DNA of 60,024 nucleotides from Candidatus Omnitrophota bacterium (GTDB lineage Bacteria; Omnitrophota; Gorgyraeia; 2-02-FULL-51-18; JAGOUK01): NCBI GenBank assembly GCA_047639455.1, contig JBLINS010000005.1, positions 1 to 60,024 of the forward strand, read 5' to 3'. Shown piece by piece: positions 19,604 to 29,566 of this stretch (position 1 is its first letter; each line of letters starts with the position of its first letter). The notes under the pieces were generated by a model. It saw only the letters and a program-made list of their open reading frames with translations, ran no database searches and was not told where the DNA came from. The position numbers and the translations under genes were made by a program.

Positions 19604-20547
19604 GCTTAATTGTAATCATCCCTATAGGTATATTCGCAATTTTTGCATTGATAATCTTTATGGTTTTTTTGCGGTATATTCCATTGATTGAGAGAAACGC
19701 ATTTGATGTGCCAAGATTCCAAGTCCCTGATCAACCTAAGAATTCAGAGGGCCTTAAGATTCGTAATATACAAATACCCTATGACACACGTTGTGCGATT
19801 GAAGCCAAGTATATCAAATCAAGAAAACCTTCTAAAAAACTAGTCGTTTTTTGCCATGAAACCGGAGCTGATTTGGACAGTTGGCAAAAACATGCACACT
19901 TCCTCCCAGATGATGAGGTGGATGTGTTAACATTTAATTTTAAGCTGCTTTCTTTGCGGCCCAAATCTGAGTCTGTTGACGAAAAATACTTTCAATGGCC
20001 TACAGTTAGGGATTTGAGATGTTTAGAACGAGTATTGAGTTGGGTGGCTGTAGAAAAGAAAGATTACGAAGTTGCGCTTTTTGGAGTATCTAAGGGCGCA
20101 ACTGTGGCAGCAGCTGCAGCGCCTTCCCCAATCATAAAGTCAGTTCTTTTGGACGGTGCTTTTTCTACACATATGACGATGCAAAAATACATGAAAAAGT
20201 TTGTGAATATTTATGTTTCGCCGCGATCGTATGTGGCCATAATACCCGATTGGATATATTTGATTTTGTCTTATATGACATTAGCTTATGCGAGTATAAA
20301 AAATAGATTACGTTTTTTTTCTATGGAGAATTTTATCCCCAAATTACGTAAACCCGTGTTCATGATTCATGCAGGTAAGGATTATCATGTTCAATTGGAT
20401 CATGTTCAAAGATTGATGAGCATTATTCCTGGAAGCACGGATTTGTGGGTAGCTGAAAAAGCCGGACACTCTGAAACGGTTTTAAAATATCCCCAAGAAT
20501 ATAATCAACGCATAACTTCATTTTTAAAGAAAACTTTGAACGATTAA
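19600..20547 (+). CDS. membrane-anchored alpha/beta hydrolase (putative thioesterase/acyltransferase)
   Basis: N-terminal TM; GVSKG nucleophile elbow, HAGKD, AGH; overlaps KS stop. Confidence 0.85.
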   Translation: MSLIVIIPIGIFAIFALIIFMVFLRYIPLIERNAFDVPRFQVPDQPKNSEGLKIRNIQIPYDTRCAIEAKYIKSRKPSKKLVVFCHETGADLDSWQKHAHFLPDDEVDVLTFNFKLLSLRPKSESVDEKYFQWPTVRDLRCLERVLSWVAVEKKDYEVALFGVSKGATVAAAAAPSPIIKSVLLDGAFSTHMTMQKYMKKFVNIYVSPRSYVAIIPDWIYLILSYMTLAYASIKNRLRFFSMENFIPKLRKPVFMIHAGKDYHVQLDHVQRLMSIIPGSTDLWVAEKAGHSETVLKYPQEYNQRITSFLKKTLND

Positions 20548-20563
20548 TTGCATTAAGGAGAAA

Positions 20564-22336
20564 GTGATGACTAAGAAATATACAATATCTCAAGAGGCTC
20601 AGAACGAAATTAACCGATTTAAATCGGCTATTATTGATTTAGAAGCAGGCAAGCTTGAAGAGGATAGTTTCAAGCGTTTTAGGCTTAATAATGGTATTTA
20701 TGGTATTCGTGGCAAGGAAGACGAGCATATGATTCGCATTAAATTGCCATTTGGTTATTTGGATGCCGATCAATTAGAAGTCACTGCGGGTTTGGCGGAG
20801 AAATATACACCAACAAAATTAAGTCACGTCACTACCAGGCAAGCTATTCAATTACATAATTTTAAACGCTCAGATATAGTAGCCATTCTTACAGAGGTTG
20901 CTGAAGCGGGCATGACGTCACGTGAAGCTTGTGGCAATACGGTGCGTAATTTAACCAGTGATGAATTAGCTGGTGTGCACCCTGATGAGTTATTTGATAT
21001 TAATCCCTATGCGGATTTGGTGTATAGATATTTTTTGAGAAACCCGATATGCCAAAACTTACCTCGTAAGTTCAAAATTGCTTTTGAAGGGTGTCCTGAT
21101 TCTGATCGCGCTAGAATTGGTATTCATGATTTGGGCTTTAGAGCCACATCAAGAGTTGTGGACGGCAAAACTGAATTTGGATTCATTTCTACCGTTGGTG
21201 GTGGTTTGGGCTCAATGCCATTTGCTGCCTTTTTATTAGAAGAATTTGTACCTTTTGATGAGTATTTGGCAACGGCAGAAGCTGTTATTCATATGTTTGA
21301 TCGTCATGGTAATCGACGTGACAAAAATAGAGCCAGGATTAAATTTGTGATTAAGGAATGGGGTATAGAGGAATTCCGCAAACGCTTTCTTGCTGAGAAG
21401 AAAGCAGTTATGGCTACTCGAACAGGTAAATATGAGAATTATGTTTTGAATTGGCCTGAAGAAACAGCTCCAGAAAAAACAGGCGCCATAGATTCGGCAC
21501 CCGTGGATGAAGCCGCATTCAGTGAGTGGAAAAAGAGTAATGTTATTCAGCAGAAACAGGCTGGCTATAATGCAATTTATGTGCGTTGTCTATATGGTGA
21601 TTTGACCCCAGAAGAAGCACGTGGTGTCGCTCAAATCTCCAGAGAATATGGGGGTGGCAGATTACGCACAACTATTACGCAAAATGTCATCATGCGCTGG
21701 ATACCTGAGGCAGCAACCCAAGCAGTCTTCAATCGCTTGGCTAAGCTTGGCTTAGCAGAAGCTAATGCACAACAATTGGCTGATATCACGCGCTGTCCTG
21801 GAGCTGATACTTGCAATTTGGCGATTACGCACAGTAAGGGTTTGGCCATAGATCTAACCGAGAATGTCTTTGCTGATGTTTTGGCAACGGACGAAGAATT
21901 GCAACATATATCCATAAAGATTTCTGGCTGCACGAATTCATGCGGACAACATCATATTGGTAATATTGGTTTTTATGGCGCGTCTCGAAATGTGGAAGGC
22001 AAACAATTACCGCATTACCAAATGTTATTAGGCGGTCGCACGGGCATAAATCATGAAGACACTCAATTTGGTCAGCGCATTGCTATGATTCCAGCTAGAC
22101 GCATAAGAGAAGCTGTTAAACACTTATTGAGTGTTTATAAGAATGAAAAACAATCTGGCGAGACTTTTATTCAGTGGTTTGATCGAGTGGAAAAAGATTA
22201 TTTGATTAAAATTATGCAGCCGTATACTCAAGTGGACTCACTTAAAGTTGACCCAGCAACCATGTATGAAGACTTGGGTGATGTTGTTGGTAATCAATTT
22301 AAGGTGTCTGTGGGCAAGGGTGAGTGCGCCGCATAA
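20564..22336 (+). CDS. ferredoxin-dependent sulfite/nitrite reductase (siroheme-4Fe4S)
   Basis: TTRQ.IQ, ACGNTVRN, LPRKFK, CPGADTC, SGCTNSCGQH; AAGGAG RBS. Confidence 0.92.
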   Translation: MMTKKYTISQEAQNEINRFKSAIIDLEAGKLEEDSFKRFRLNNGIYGIRGKEDEHMIRIKLPFGYLDADQLEVTAGLAEKYTPTKLSHVTTRQAIQLHNFKRSDIVAILTEVAEAGMTSREACGNTVRNLTSDELAGVHPDELFDINPYADLVYRYFLRNPICQNLPRKFKIAFEGCPDSDRARIGIHDLGFRATSRVVDGKTEFGFISTVGGGLGSMPFAAFLLEEFVPFDEYLATAEAVIHMFDRHGNRRDKNRARIKFVIKEWGIEEFRKRFLAEKKAVMATRTGKYENYVLNWPEETAPEKTGAIDSAPVDEAAFSEWKKSNVIQQKQAGYNAIYVRCLYGDLTPEEARGVAQISREYGGGRLRTTITQNVIMRWIPEAATQAVFNRLAKLGLAEANAQQLADITRCPGADTCNLAITHSKGLAIDLTENVFADVLATDEELQHISIKISGCTNSCGQHHIGNIGFYGASRNVEGKQLPHYQMLLGGRTGINHEDTQFGQRIAMIPARRIREAVKHLLSVYKNEKQSGETFIQWFDRVEKDYLIKIMQPYTQVDSLKVDPATMYEDLGDVVGNQFKVSVGKGECAA

Positions 22337-22701
22337 GAAGCTTCAGATTGGCAGTACTTCTAGTCTATTCGGTTGGCATAATCTATTTGGCCTGCGTGTC
22401 AGGCCAGAGCTTACCGAAAATAGCTATACCGCATTTGGATAAAATTATACATTTACTTGAATTTGTTTTATTGGCTTCATTAGCTTATTGGGCTAGCGTT
22501 CCGTATCAAAAGAGCGATGCTTGTAAGAGTTTAATTCTTATAAGTTTATATGGACTCATAATGGCGTTCATAACAGAGGCCGTTCAAATCTATATTCCAT
22601 ACCGCACATTTAGTTTGGCGGATATATTATTTGATTTGATTGGCTATTTCTGTATTGTGAGTTTGTTACATTATCAGCGAGGACGTCATGAAGCTCAATA
22701 A
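22324..22701 (+). CDS. VanZ family membrane protein
   Basis: DKIIH...F..L, E..Q...P.R.....DI..D..G. Confidence 0.85.
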   Translation: MRRIRSFRLAVLLVYSVGIIYLACVSGQSLPKIAIPHLDKIIHLLEFVLLASLAYWASVPYQKSDACKSLILISLYGLIMAFITEAVQIYIPYRTFSLADILFDLIGYFCIVSLLHYQRGRHEAQ

Positions 22702-24145
22702 AGCTATCCTCCAATGCACAGTGCTATCACTTATGCTTTTGAACATACCTCATATAGCTTTAGCCAATACAATGAGCGTAGATGATGTTTCTAAGAAATC
22801 TATAGCCGATTACCTTGGTATACGCGTCCTAAAGCTTGAATCTGATGAAAAATTTCAAGAAATCAAATTAAGCGAAGCGCCGTACGACACACACTTATTA
22901 TTGAACGCAAGTTATGCCCGCGACGAAAAACCAAATTCTAGTATATTTGCCGCCACTCGCTCAGATCAATGGTTAGTCGAGGGGGGCATAGGCAAGAAAA
23001 CGACCTTAGGCACTGAATTTGATCTGAAATGGAGTTCAGATCGCGATGAAACCAATACTACGTTTGTTTCGATAAACCCCGCATATACTGAAAAAGCTGA
23101 ATTGTCTTGGAGGCAACCATTGGCGAGCAACTTTTTTGGGCGAATTGATCGCTTGGCATTGGAGCAAGTCAAAGTTAATGTTGAACGCTTTAATTTTGAC
23201 GTATTACAGCGCATGGAGTCTGCCGTATGGGATGTAAGACAATTGTATTGGTCAGCGTGGACCAAAAAAGAATTAGTCGGCATAGAGTCTATTGGGTTAA
23301 AGGATGCGCAAACCTTTTTAATCAGTACTAAAGAAAAGATGAGCCTAGGTTTATTGGAAGACCCTGATTTATATGCCGCGCAATCGAATGTGCTAATTCG
23401 CCAAATTGAGTTTATGGTGGCTAAAAAAGATGCAATTATCGCCGTCAATCAGTTAAAGACAGCTTTGTCTATGGCGTTGACCGAGCTTTTAGAAATTGAA
23501 TCAGCTCCACAGATAGAAGCACCTATTGAATACGATATTCCGAAAACGACCACTGCGGCTTTAGATCGCCGTTTTGATTATAAGCATGCTTTATTAAAAA
23601 TAAAAGAAATGGGTATTGAACTAAAAATTACCAAATATACCGAATTACCTCAAATTGATTTTTTGGGCACATTGACGCTCAATGGCTTAAATAGAAATTT
23701 GGATAAAGCCGTCAATCAAGTTCGCGACGCAGAAGACCCCACTTACTTAATGGGCATCCAATTTAGTCTACCACTAGAGAATGGAGAGGCTAAAGCAAAG
23801 AGGGCGCAAGCTAAGATTCGAAACAAACAAGCCATTCTGGAATTGGAACAATTACAAAAGGATATTAGCCACGCTGTGGACGCAGTTATCAGAGAATCGA
23901 AAATGGCTTATGATAGTTGGTCCATATCTTTAGATATTGCGGAGTTACAAAAGAAAAAATTACTGGCTGAAATGAAACGCTTTGAGCAAGGTAGGTCTAA
24001 TTCTGATCTAATCATTAATTTTCAAGCTGATGTGCTTACCTCAGAGCGTCGCAGAATTGCTGCTGCCGCAGCTTTTTATGGAGCCAGGGATTCTTTTGAC
24101 TTGGCTTTAGGTAAGTTATTGACTCAGTATGCGGATGTTTATTGA
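22688..24145 (+). CDS. TolC-family outer membrane efflux protein
   Basis: Signal peptide, coiled-coil repeats, LPQIDF, GIQFSLPL, RFEQG.S. Confidence 0.88.
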   Translation: MKLNKAILQCTVLSLMLLNIPHIALANTMSVDDVSKKSIADYLGIRVLKLESDEKFQEIKLSEAPYDTHLLLNASYARDEKPNSSIFAATRSDQWLVEGGIGKKTTLGTEFDLKWSSDRDETNTTFVSINPAYTEKAELSWRQPLASNFFGRIDRLALEQVKVNVERFNFDVLQRMESAVWDVRQLYWSAWTKKELVGIESIGLKDAQTFLISTKEKMSLGLLEDPDLYAAQSNVLIRQIEFMVAKKDAIIAVNQLKTALSMALTELLEIESAPQIEAPIEYDIPKTTTAALDRRFDYKHALLKIKEMGIELKITKYTELPQIDFLGTLTLNGLNRNLDKAVNQVRDAEDPTYLMGIQFSLPLENGEAKAKRAQAKIRNKQAILELEQLQKDISHAVDAVIRESKMAYDSWSISLDIAELQKKKLLAEMKRFEQGRSNSDLIINFQADVLTSERRRIAAAAAFYGARDSFDLALGKLLTQYADVY

Positions 24146-24146
24146 T

Positions 24147-24380
24147 GTCATTGTTTCAGAGGATCTTAATCACCAGTCGATATAAGCGAAGCGAAGTTTG
24201 CACCTGCCCTTGCAGTGAATATGCTATTGCGAACAAGGCTGGTGTGGGGAGGCCTGCATGGAACCCACGGTAAAAGGCGATTTTGCTAGAACTACAAGCC
24301 TCGTTACCTCGGCCGTTCACAAGCATGCACTCCCATGGTCGTGCGTTCACCGTCGCTTGCTTCGCGCTCCTCAGGATGAC
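24147..24380. repeat. composite REP-like element between tolC and RND gene
   Basis: GTCATT...CTCCTCAGGATGAC ends; 24313-24380 resembles 42233-42296. Confidence 0.7.
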
Positions 24381-24409
24381 GTGTTTGCTTGCGTTAATGG
24401 GCGCGCTGT

Positions 24410-27400
24410 ATGAACTTCGGTAAGATGTCGGTTCATAACCCCCTAACGGTTAACCTCTTAACCTTTTTCGTTTTAATTATCGGTTTATTTTCTTGCGTAA
24501 CTATTCAAAAAGAAGCTTTCCCTCCGATCTCTTTTGAGGTCGTGACTATTCGCACAGCTTATCCAGGAGCAAGTCCTGAAGTTGTTGAAAAGTTTGTGAC
24601 CATCAAAATCGAGGATGAATTAAAGACAGTGGATGGGTTGGATGAGATCACTTCTGTGTCAGCCCAAAACATTTCACTCATCGCCGTTAAAATTGACCCT
24701 GATAATAGAGATCAACGCCGCACAGTTAATGATATCCAAAGAGCCGTGGATCGGGTCAAAGACTTACCCATTGAAGTTAATGATTTGCCTGTAGTTACCG
24801 AAATCGATGCGGAAAAGTTTCCTGTTATCACGATTAGTCTAAGTGGCTTGGAGTATAAGGACTTGCAAACTTACGCCAAGATGCTAGAAGACCGTTTGTT
24901 AAATCTGTCAGATGTTGGTTCAGTTGCGCGTGAGGGTTATCTGGAGCCAGAAATCTGGGTAGAAGTTAATCCAGATAAGGCCAAATTAATTCATGTGTCA
25001 TTATCTGAAATTATGGAGGCCTTGAGAGAGACTAATGTCAATCTCAATGGAGGCACTGTGAATTCCGATAGTGGTGAAATGACACTTAGAACAAATGGTG
25101 AATTCGCCACGGCTGAAGATGTCGGTCGTACGATTATTCGGGCCAATGATGGCGGGAAGGTTGTTCGTGTTACGGATGTGGCTAATATTCGCCATGCCTA
25201 TGAAGATTCGGATAGAAAATTCTCGACTGATGGGAGGGTTTCTATCAACTTAATGGCGGTCAAAAAACCATCTGGCGATATATTGAATATGGTCGATGAC
25301 ATCAAATCCATGGTTAAAGACTTTCAATTGGAAACACCCGCTGAATTACAAGTTGGGTATGTAGATGATTTTTCCTATTTTGTGAAGCGTCGTTTGAACG
25401 TTTTGGTTAATAATGGCATTTTTGGCGCGGTGCTTATTCTTTGTTTTCTATTTTTGGTATTAGCACCTCCTATTGCGGCAGCGGCTGCCCTAGATATTCC
25501 TATGACATTCTTGATTACGGTCTTCTTGATGAAGGTCTTTGGCATCTCTATTAATCTCATGAGTATGTTTGGAATGATTATGGTTATCGGCATGCTGGTG
25601 GATGACGCTATTATTATGGCTGAAAATGTATTTCGTCATATTGAAAAAGGTGGCGATCCAAGAGCAAGGGCCATCGAGGGTGCACAAGAAGTGATGAAGC
25701 CCATCACAGCGTCAGTGTTGACGTCTATATGCGCTTATTTACCACTGGCCTTGATGTCTGGAATTATTGGCAAATATGTACGGGCTATCCCTATAGTTGT
25801 GGGTATTGCTCTAACTGTTTCTTGGGTGACAACCGTTTTTGCCATTCCAACGCATGCGGCTGAATTTAGCATATTAATGAAACATAAAACTAAAGCGAAT
25901 AAAGCACATTGGTTTGACGGTATTCGCGATGGCTATGTCAAAGTATTGAGAGTAGCAATGAATCACCGCTACTGGATGGCTGCGGGTATATTTGCATTCT
26001 TTGTTTTTACAATAGTTTTTGCAGCCAATAATATGAAATTTGTTTTATTCACGTCAGATGGCATGGATGAATTCTATGTTCGTGGTGAAGCTAAGATTGG
26101 GACGACGGTGGATGAAACTTCAGGTTTAATCTCGCCTGTCGAAAGGGCTGTTGCTCAAATCGCTGATCATGAATTGGAAAACTATACGACTGAAGTAGGC
26201 CTTAGCCGAGAGAATGCGGGTGACCCGAATACCCATTTTGGATCACATTTGGTTCAAATTCACGTTTATTTAACACCCGCAGTGGACCGTAAGCGGGATG
26301 CGTTTGAAATAATAAAGGATGTTGAAAGCCGAATTCAAAACATTGAGGGCTTTGAAGAATTGAGTGTTGAAAATGTGCGGCCTGGCCCACCAGTTGGCAA
26401 AGCCGTCGAAATTAAGGTTCGCGGCGATAGTTTTGAAGATATTATGAAAGTGGTGAATCAAATCAAAGGGTACTTGAAGACATTGCCAGGTGCTTTGAAT
26501 ATTAGTGATGATTTTGAACACGGTAAAGATGAATTGAATATGGTCATTGATCGCGTCCAAAGTTCTCGCGCGCAACTATCTTATGAGCGTATAGCTAGAG
26601 AATTGAGGAATGCTTTTGAGGGCGGGATAGCCACAACGATTCAAAAGTCGGATGAAGAAATTGATGTGCGTGTGATGTATCCCAAGGAGTCGACAACCAA
26701 TATAGATAATATAAGTAAATTACTGATACCCAATGATAGAGGGAATTTAATCCCATTAGGTCAAATTGCTAAGTTTGAGAAAAAAAATAGCATAGCGGCA
26801 ATTAAGCGTTTTGATCGCAAGCGTATGGTGCAGGTATCCGCTGATGCCGATGAAGACATCTCTTCATCGATTGAATTGAACAAAAGTGTGATGCGTGAGT
26901 TTAAATCTATTCAGTCTACCAACCCGGGCATAGAATTAGTATATGGAGGTGAGCAGGAGCGAACTCAGGAATCAATGACTAGCCTTTTAATCTCTTTCAT
27001 TGCCGCAATGTTCATGATATTTTGTGTCATATCGATACAGTTCAAATCATTGATACAACCACCCATAGTGATGCTGACCATACCCCTTGGATTAGTGGGC
27101 GTTATTTGGGCATTGTATTTTCATGGTAAGCCATTTGGATTTTTATCTATTATGGGATTCATTGGATTATCGGGAGTTGTGGTTAATGATTCGATTGTGC
27201 TAATTGATTTCATGAATCGTTTGCGTAGATCCGGTATGGAACGACGCGCCTCGATTGAAGAATCTTGCAAATCTAGGTTTAGAGCCGTGATTATGACATC
27301 TTTAACTACCGTCGCAGGTACTATGCCGATGGCTTATGGCTGGGGAGGGGATGACCCTTTTATAAAATCAATGGCTTTAGCCTTTACATGGGGCATGGCA

Positions 27401-27520
27401 TTCGCTTCGACAATCACTTTATTTGCGATACCGTGTTTTTACGCCATCGTTGATGATATTAGCGTTAAGATATTTAAACGGGATTTTGCATTAGAAACCG
27501 ATTCTTTTATAAGTAATTGA
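24410..27520 (+). CDS. RND efflux transporter permease (AcrB/AcrD/AcrF family)
   Basis: 1036 aa; YPGASP, GMLVDDAII..EN, GPP, RFRAVIMTSLTT. Confidence 0.95.
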   Translation: MNFGKMSVHNPLTVNLLTFFVLIIGLFSCVTIQKEAFPPISFEVVTIRTAYPGASPEVVEKFVTIKIEDELKTVDGLDEITSVSAQNISLIAVKIDPDNRDQRRTVNDIQRAVDRVKDLPIEVNDLPVVTEIDAEKFPVITISLSGLEYKDLQTYAKMLEDRLLNLSDVGSVAREGYLEPEIWVEVNPDKAKLIHVSLSEIMEALRETNVNLNGGTVNSDSGEMTLRTNGEFATAEDVGRTIIRANDGGKVVRVTDVANIRHAYEDSDRKFSTDGRVSINLMAVKKPSGDILNMVDDIKSMVKDFQLETPAELQVGYVDDFSYFVKRRLNVLVNNGIFGAVLILCFLFLVLAPPIAAAAALDIPMTFLITVFLMKVFGISINLMSMFGMIMVIGMLVDDAIIMAENVFRHIEKGGDPRARAIEGAQEVMKPITASVLTSICAYLPLALMSGIIGKYVRAIPIVVGIALTVSWVTTVFAIPTHAAEFSILMKHKTKANKAHWFDGIRDGYVKVLRVAMNHRYWMAAGIFAFFVFTIVFAANNMKFVLFTSDGMDEFYVRGEAKIGTTVDETSGLISPVERAVAQIADHELENYTTEVGLSRENAGDPNTHFGSHLVQIHVYLTPAVDRKRDAFEIIKDVESRIQNIEGFEELSVENVRPGPPVGKAVEIKVRGDSFEDIMKVVNQIKGYLKTLPGALNISDDFEHGKDELNMVIDRVQSSRAQLSYERIARELRNAFEGGIATTIQKSDEEIDVRVMYPKESTTNIDNISKLLIPNDRGNLIPLGQIAKFEKKNSIAAIKRFDRKRMVQVSADADEDISSSIELNKSVMREFKSIQSTNPGIELVYGGEQERTQESMTSLLISFIAAMFMIFCVISIQFKSLIQPPIVMLTIPLGLVGVIWALYFHGKPFGFLSIMGFIGLSGVVVNDSIVLIDFMNRLRRSGMERRASIEESCKSRFRAVIMTSLTTVAGTMPMAYGWGGDDPFIKSMALAFTWGMAFASTITLFAIPCFYAIVDDISVKIFKRDFALETDSFISN

Positions 27521-27680
27521 TACATATTATCTTGATGAAATCATCTCCGAACCAATAAGGTACATCGGTATTTTCTTCAAGCCACTATGCATCAATTGCT
27601 TAAAAAAATAACCCGATTTCTAATGTATGATACCGTTTTAAACACGGCTCTGTTTAAGGATAAAGGGATGATTATTTAAT

Positions 27681-28142
27681 ATGCCACATATTCACAAACT
27701 ATATGACTTTGTAACTTCTGTATTCATCGTTAATCGTGATGCTGTATTAATGGTTAATCATAAAAAGTATAATCGATGGTTACCTATAGGTGGGCATATC
27801 GAAATGAATGAGGACCCTGAACAAGGTCTGTACCGTGAAATTCAAGAAGAATGCGGCCTAAAGGTCAAAATCCTGGCCGATAAACCCAAAATCAGGCATA
27901 AAGGCGTTAAGCCCATACTGACCCCAAGTTATGTGGACTGCCACGATATTAATAAAACTCATAAACATATTGCTTTTGTTTATTATGGCATTAGTCGTTC
28001 GCGTAAAGTGGTTCTACATACACGCGAACACCGGGATTTTCATTGGTTCACTCACGCAGACATTCACGATAAGCGTTATGCTTTAACCAAATCACTTAAG
28101 TTCTATTGTCTAGATGCTTTTGAGCGGGCCAAAAACACATGA
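27681..28142 (+). CDS. NUDIX hydrolase
   Basis: Nudix box GGHIEMNEDPEQGLYREIQEECGL. Confidence 0.9.
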   Translation: MPHIHKLYDFVTSVFIVNRDAVLMVNHKKYNRWLPIGGHIEMNEDPEQGLYREIQEECGLKVKILADKPKIRHKGVKPILTPSYVDCHDINKTHKHIAFVYYGISRSRKVVLHTREHRDFHWFTHADIHDKRYALTKSLKFYCLDAFERAKNT

Positions 28143-28161
28143 ATGCGCTTCGTTTAAGCCT

Positions 28162-28219
28162 AGATTGCCGCGTCGCAGCTACGCGCTCCTCGCCTGCCTG
28201 CTGACAGGCAGACAATGAC
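28162..28219. repeat. REP right half carrying a nested 20-bp palindrome
   Basis: AGATTGCCGCGTCGC...CTCCTCG[CCTGCCTGCTGACAGGCAGA]CAATGAC; uninterrupted copy at 55249-55281. Confidence 0.8.
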
Positions 28220-28230
28220 GGTTACTTTTA

Positions 28231-28896
28231 ATGCGATATAAATTTTATTTAAAAAAATTGCTTATGCCGATTATTTTTTTGGCTGGTTTAGTTATTTTGG
28301 TTAAGTGGACGCCTGTCGGAGAATGGCTGCAACCTGACTTCATTAGGCCTCTAATTGAGCCGTATAAGCATAATATATGGGCAGCATGGGCTTTTTTCTT
28401 TTTATCTATTATTGGCTATATTGTTATAGCACCCGCTACTGGTTTATGCATGCTTGGCGGAGCTGTCTTTGACTATTGGCAAGCTTTGATGATTAATATT
28501 GGGGCGATTATTATAGGCTCCTCGGCCTGTTATTTTATTTCTAAAGGACTTGCAGAGGACTTTGTGAAAAAAATGGTCGGGAGTGATAAGATATCAGTCT
28601 GGAAATCTTGGTTGGGGGACCATGGTGGCCATTTGATGATTGCTATGCGAATCGTCCCCATCTTCCCCTTGAGTCTATTGAATTATGGCGCGCCTTTGGC
28701 GCAAATGAAATTCAGAGACTTTATTTTTGGTACCTCCATAGGTATTCTAGCGCCAATTGCTTTTTGGACCTATTTGGGTAGAGCTATTATTATTGGACGA
28801 AATTCATGGATAGAAGCGGGCATATGCTTATTTGGCATCATCGCCTTAGTTTGGTCCGTGGGTGTTATTTGGAAAAGAAGAGCAAAACGTGGCTAA
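28231..28896 (+). CDS. TVP38/TMEM64 (DedA/VTT) membrane protein
   Basis: GGAVF, RIVPIFP..LLNY, F..GT.IG..P; multiple TM. Confidence 0.9.
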   Translation: MRYKFYLKKLLMPIIFLAGLVILVKWTPVGEWLQPDFIRPLIEPYKHNIWAAWAFFFLSIIGYIVIAPATGLCMLGGAVFDYWQALMINIGAIIIGSSACYFISKGLAEDFVKKMVGSDKISVWKSWLGDHGGHLMIAMRIVPIFPLSLLNYGAPLAQMKFRDFIFGTSIGILAPIAFWTYLGRAIIIGRNSWIEAGICLFGIIALVWSVGVIWKRRAKRG

Positions 28897-29566
28897 AGTA
28901 TCTGTCATTATTCCGACGCTTAATGAGGCTAAATGCTTATTAGCGACATTGGAGGCGCTTAGCACGGAGGCACCGGATGAAATTATTGTTGCAGATGCCA
29001 AAAGTAGCGACGGAACTTTGGACATAGTTAAAAATTTTGGTGCAATTCGCATAGCTCCATTTTGCCGAGGGCGGGCCGTACAAATGAATGCGGGTGCTGC
29101 TATTGCCACTGGAGACAGTTTATTGTTTTTACACGCAGATACACGTTTGCCTGGGGGCGGAATTCAAATGATTAGAGCTTTATTAGACCAGAATAAAGAG
29201 GTTGTTGGTGGTAGATTTAGAATATCCTTTGATAATTCGTCACTTAAATATAAATTAATAGCTCTTTATACGCGTTTGGCTGCGTTTTCTTATGGGGATC
29301 AGAGCTTTTTTGTACGCAAGACAATATTCGACCAATTGAATGGCTTTGATTCAAAAGTTGTTTTTGAAGACGTTGATTTTTACAAGCGCCTAAGAAAAGC
29401 GGGCATTACTCAAATTTTGCGCCAAAAAGTTGTGACTTCTGCTAGGCGCTTTCAAAAATCAGGTTTTTTTCGTCAAAAATTCATTAATATAATTCTCACA
29501 CTATGTGTGTGGGCTGGCTGGTCTAATAAAGCATATTTAAAGAGATTGTATCCCGATGTCCGATAA
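28889..29566 (+). CDS. family 2 glycosyltransferase, TIGR04283-like (arsenosugar/rSAM-associated)
   Basis: SVIIPTLNE, GRAVQMNAGA, LLFLHADT, YGDQ, FED, TSARRF; GTG start assumed. Confidence 0.88.
   Translation: MAKVSVIIPTLNEAKCLLATLEALSTEAPDEIIVADAKSSDGTLDIVKNFGAIRIAPFCRGRAVQMNAGAAIATGDSLLFLHADTRLPGGGIQMIRALLDQNKEVVGGRFRISFDNSSLKYKLIALYTRLAAFSYGDQSFFVRKTIFDQLNGFDSKVVFEDVDFYKRLRKAGITQILRQKVVTSARRFQKSGFFRQKFINIILTLCVWAGWSNKAYLKRLYPDVR

Noticed and set aside
11511-20547. Calling the cluster a ladderane or aryl polyene pathway outright
   Set aside because: No radical SAM or desaturase genes, and an enoyl reductase is present; only the architecture is similar
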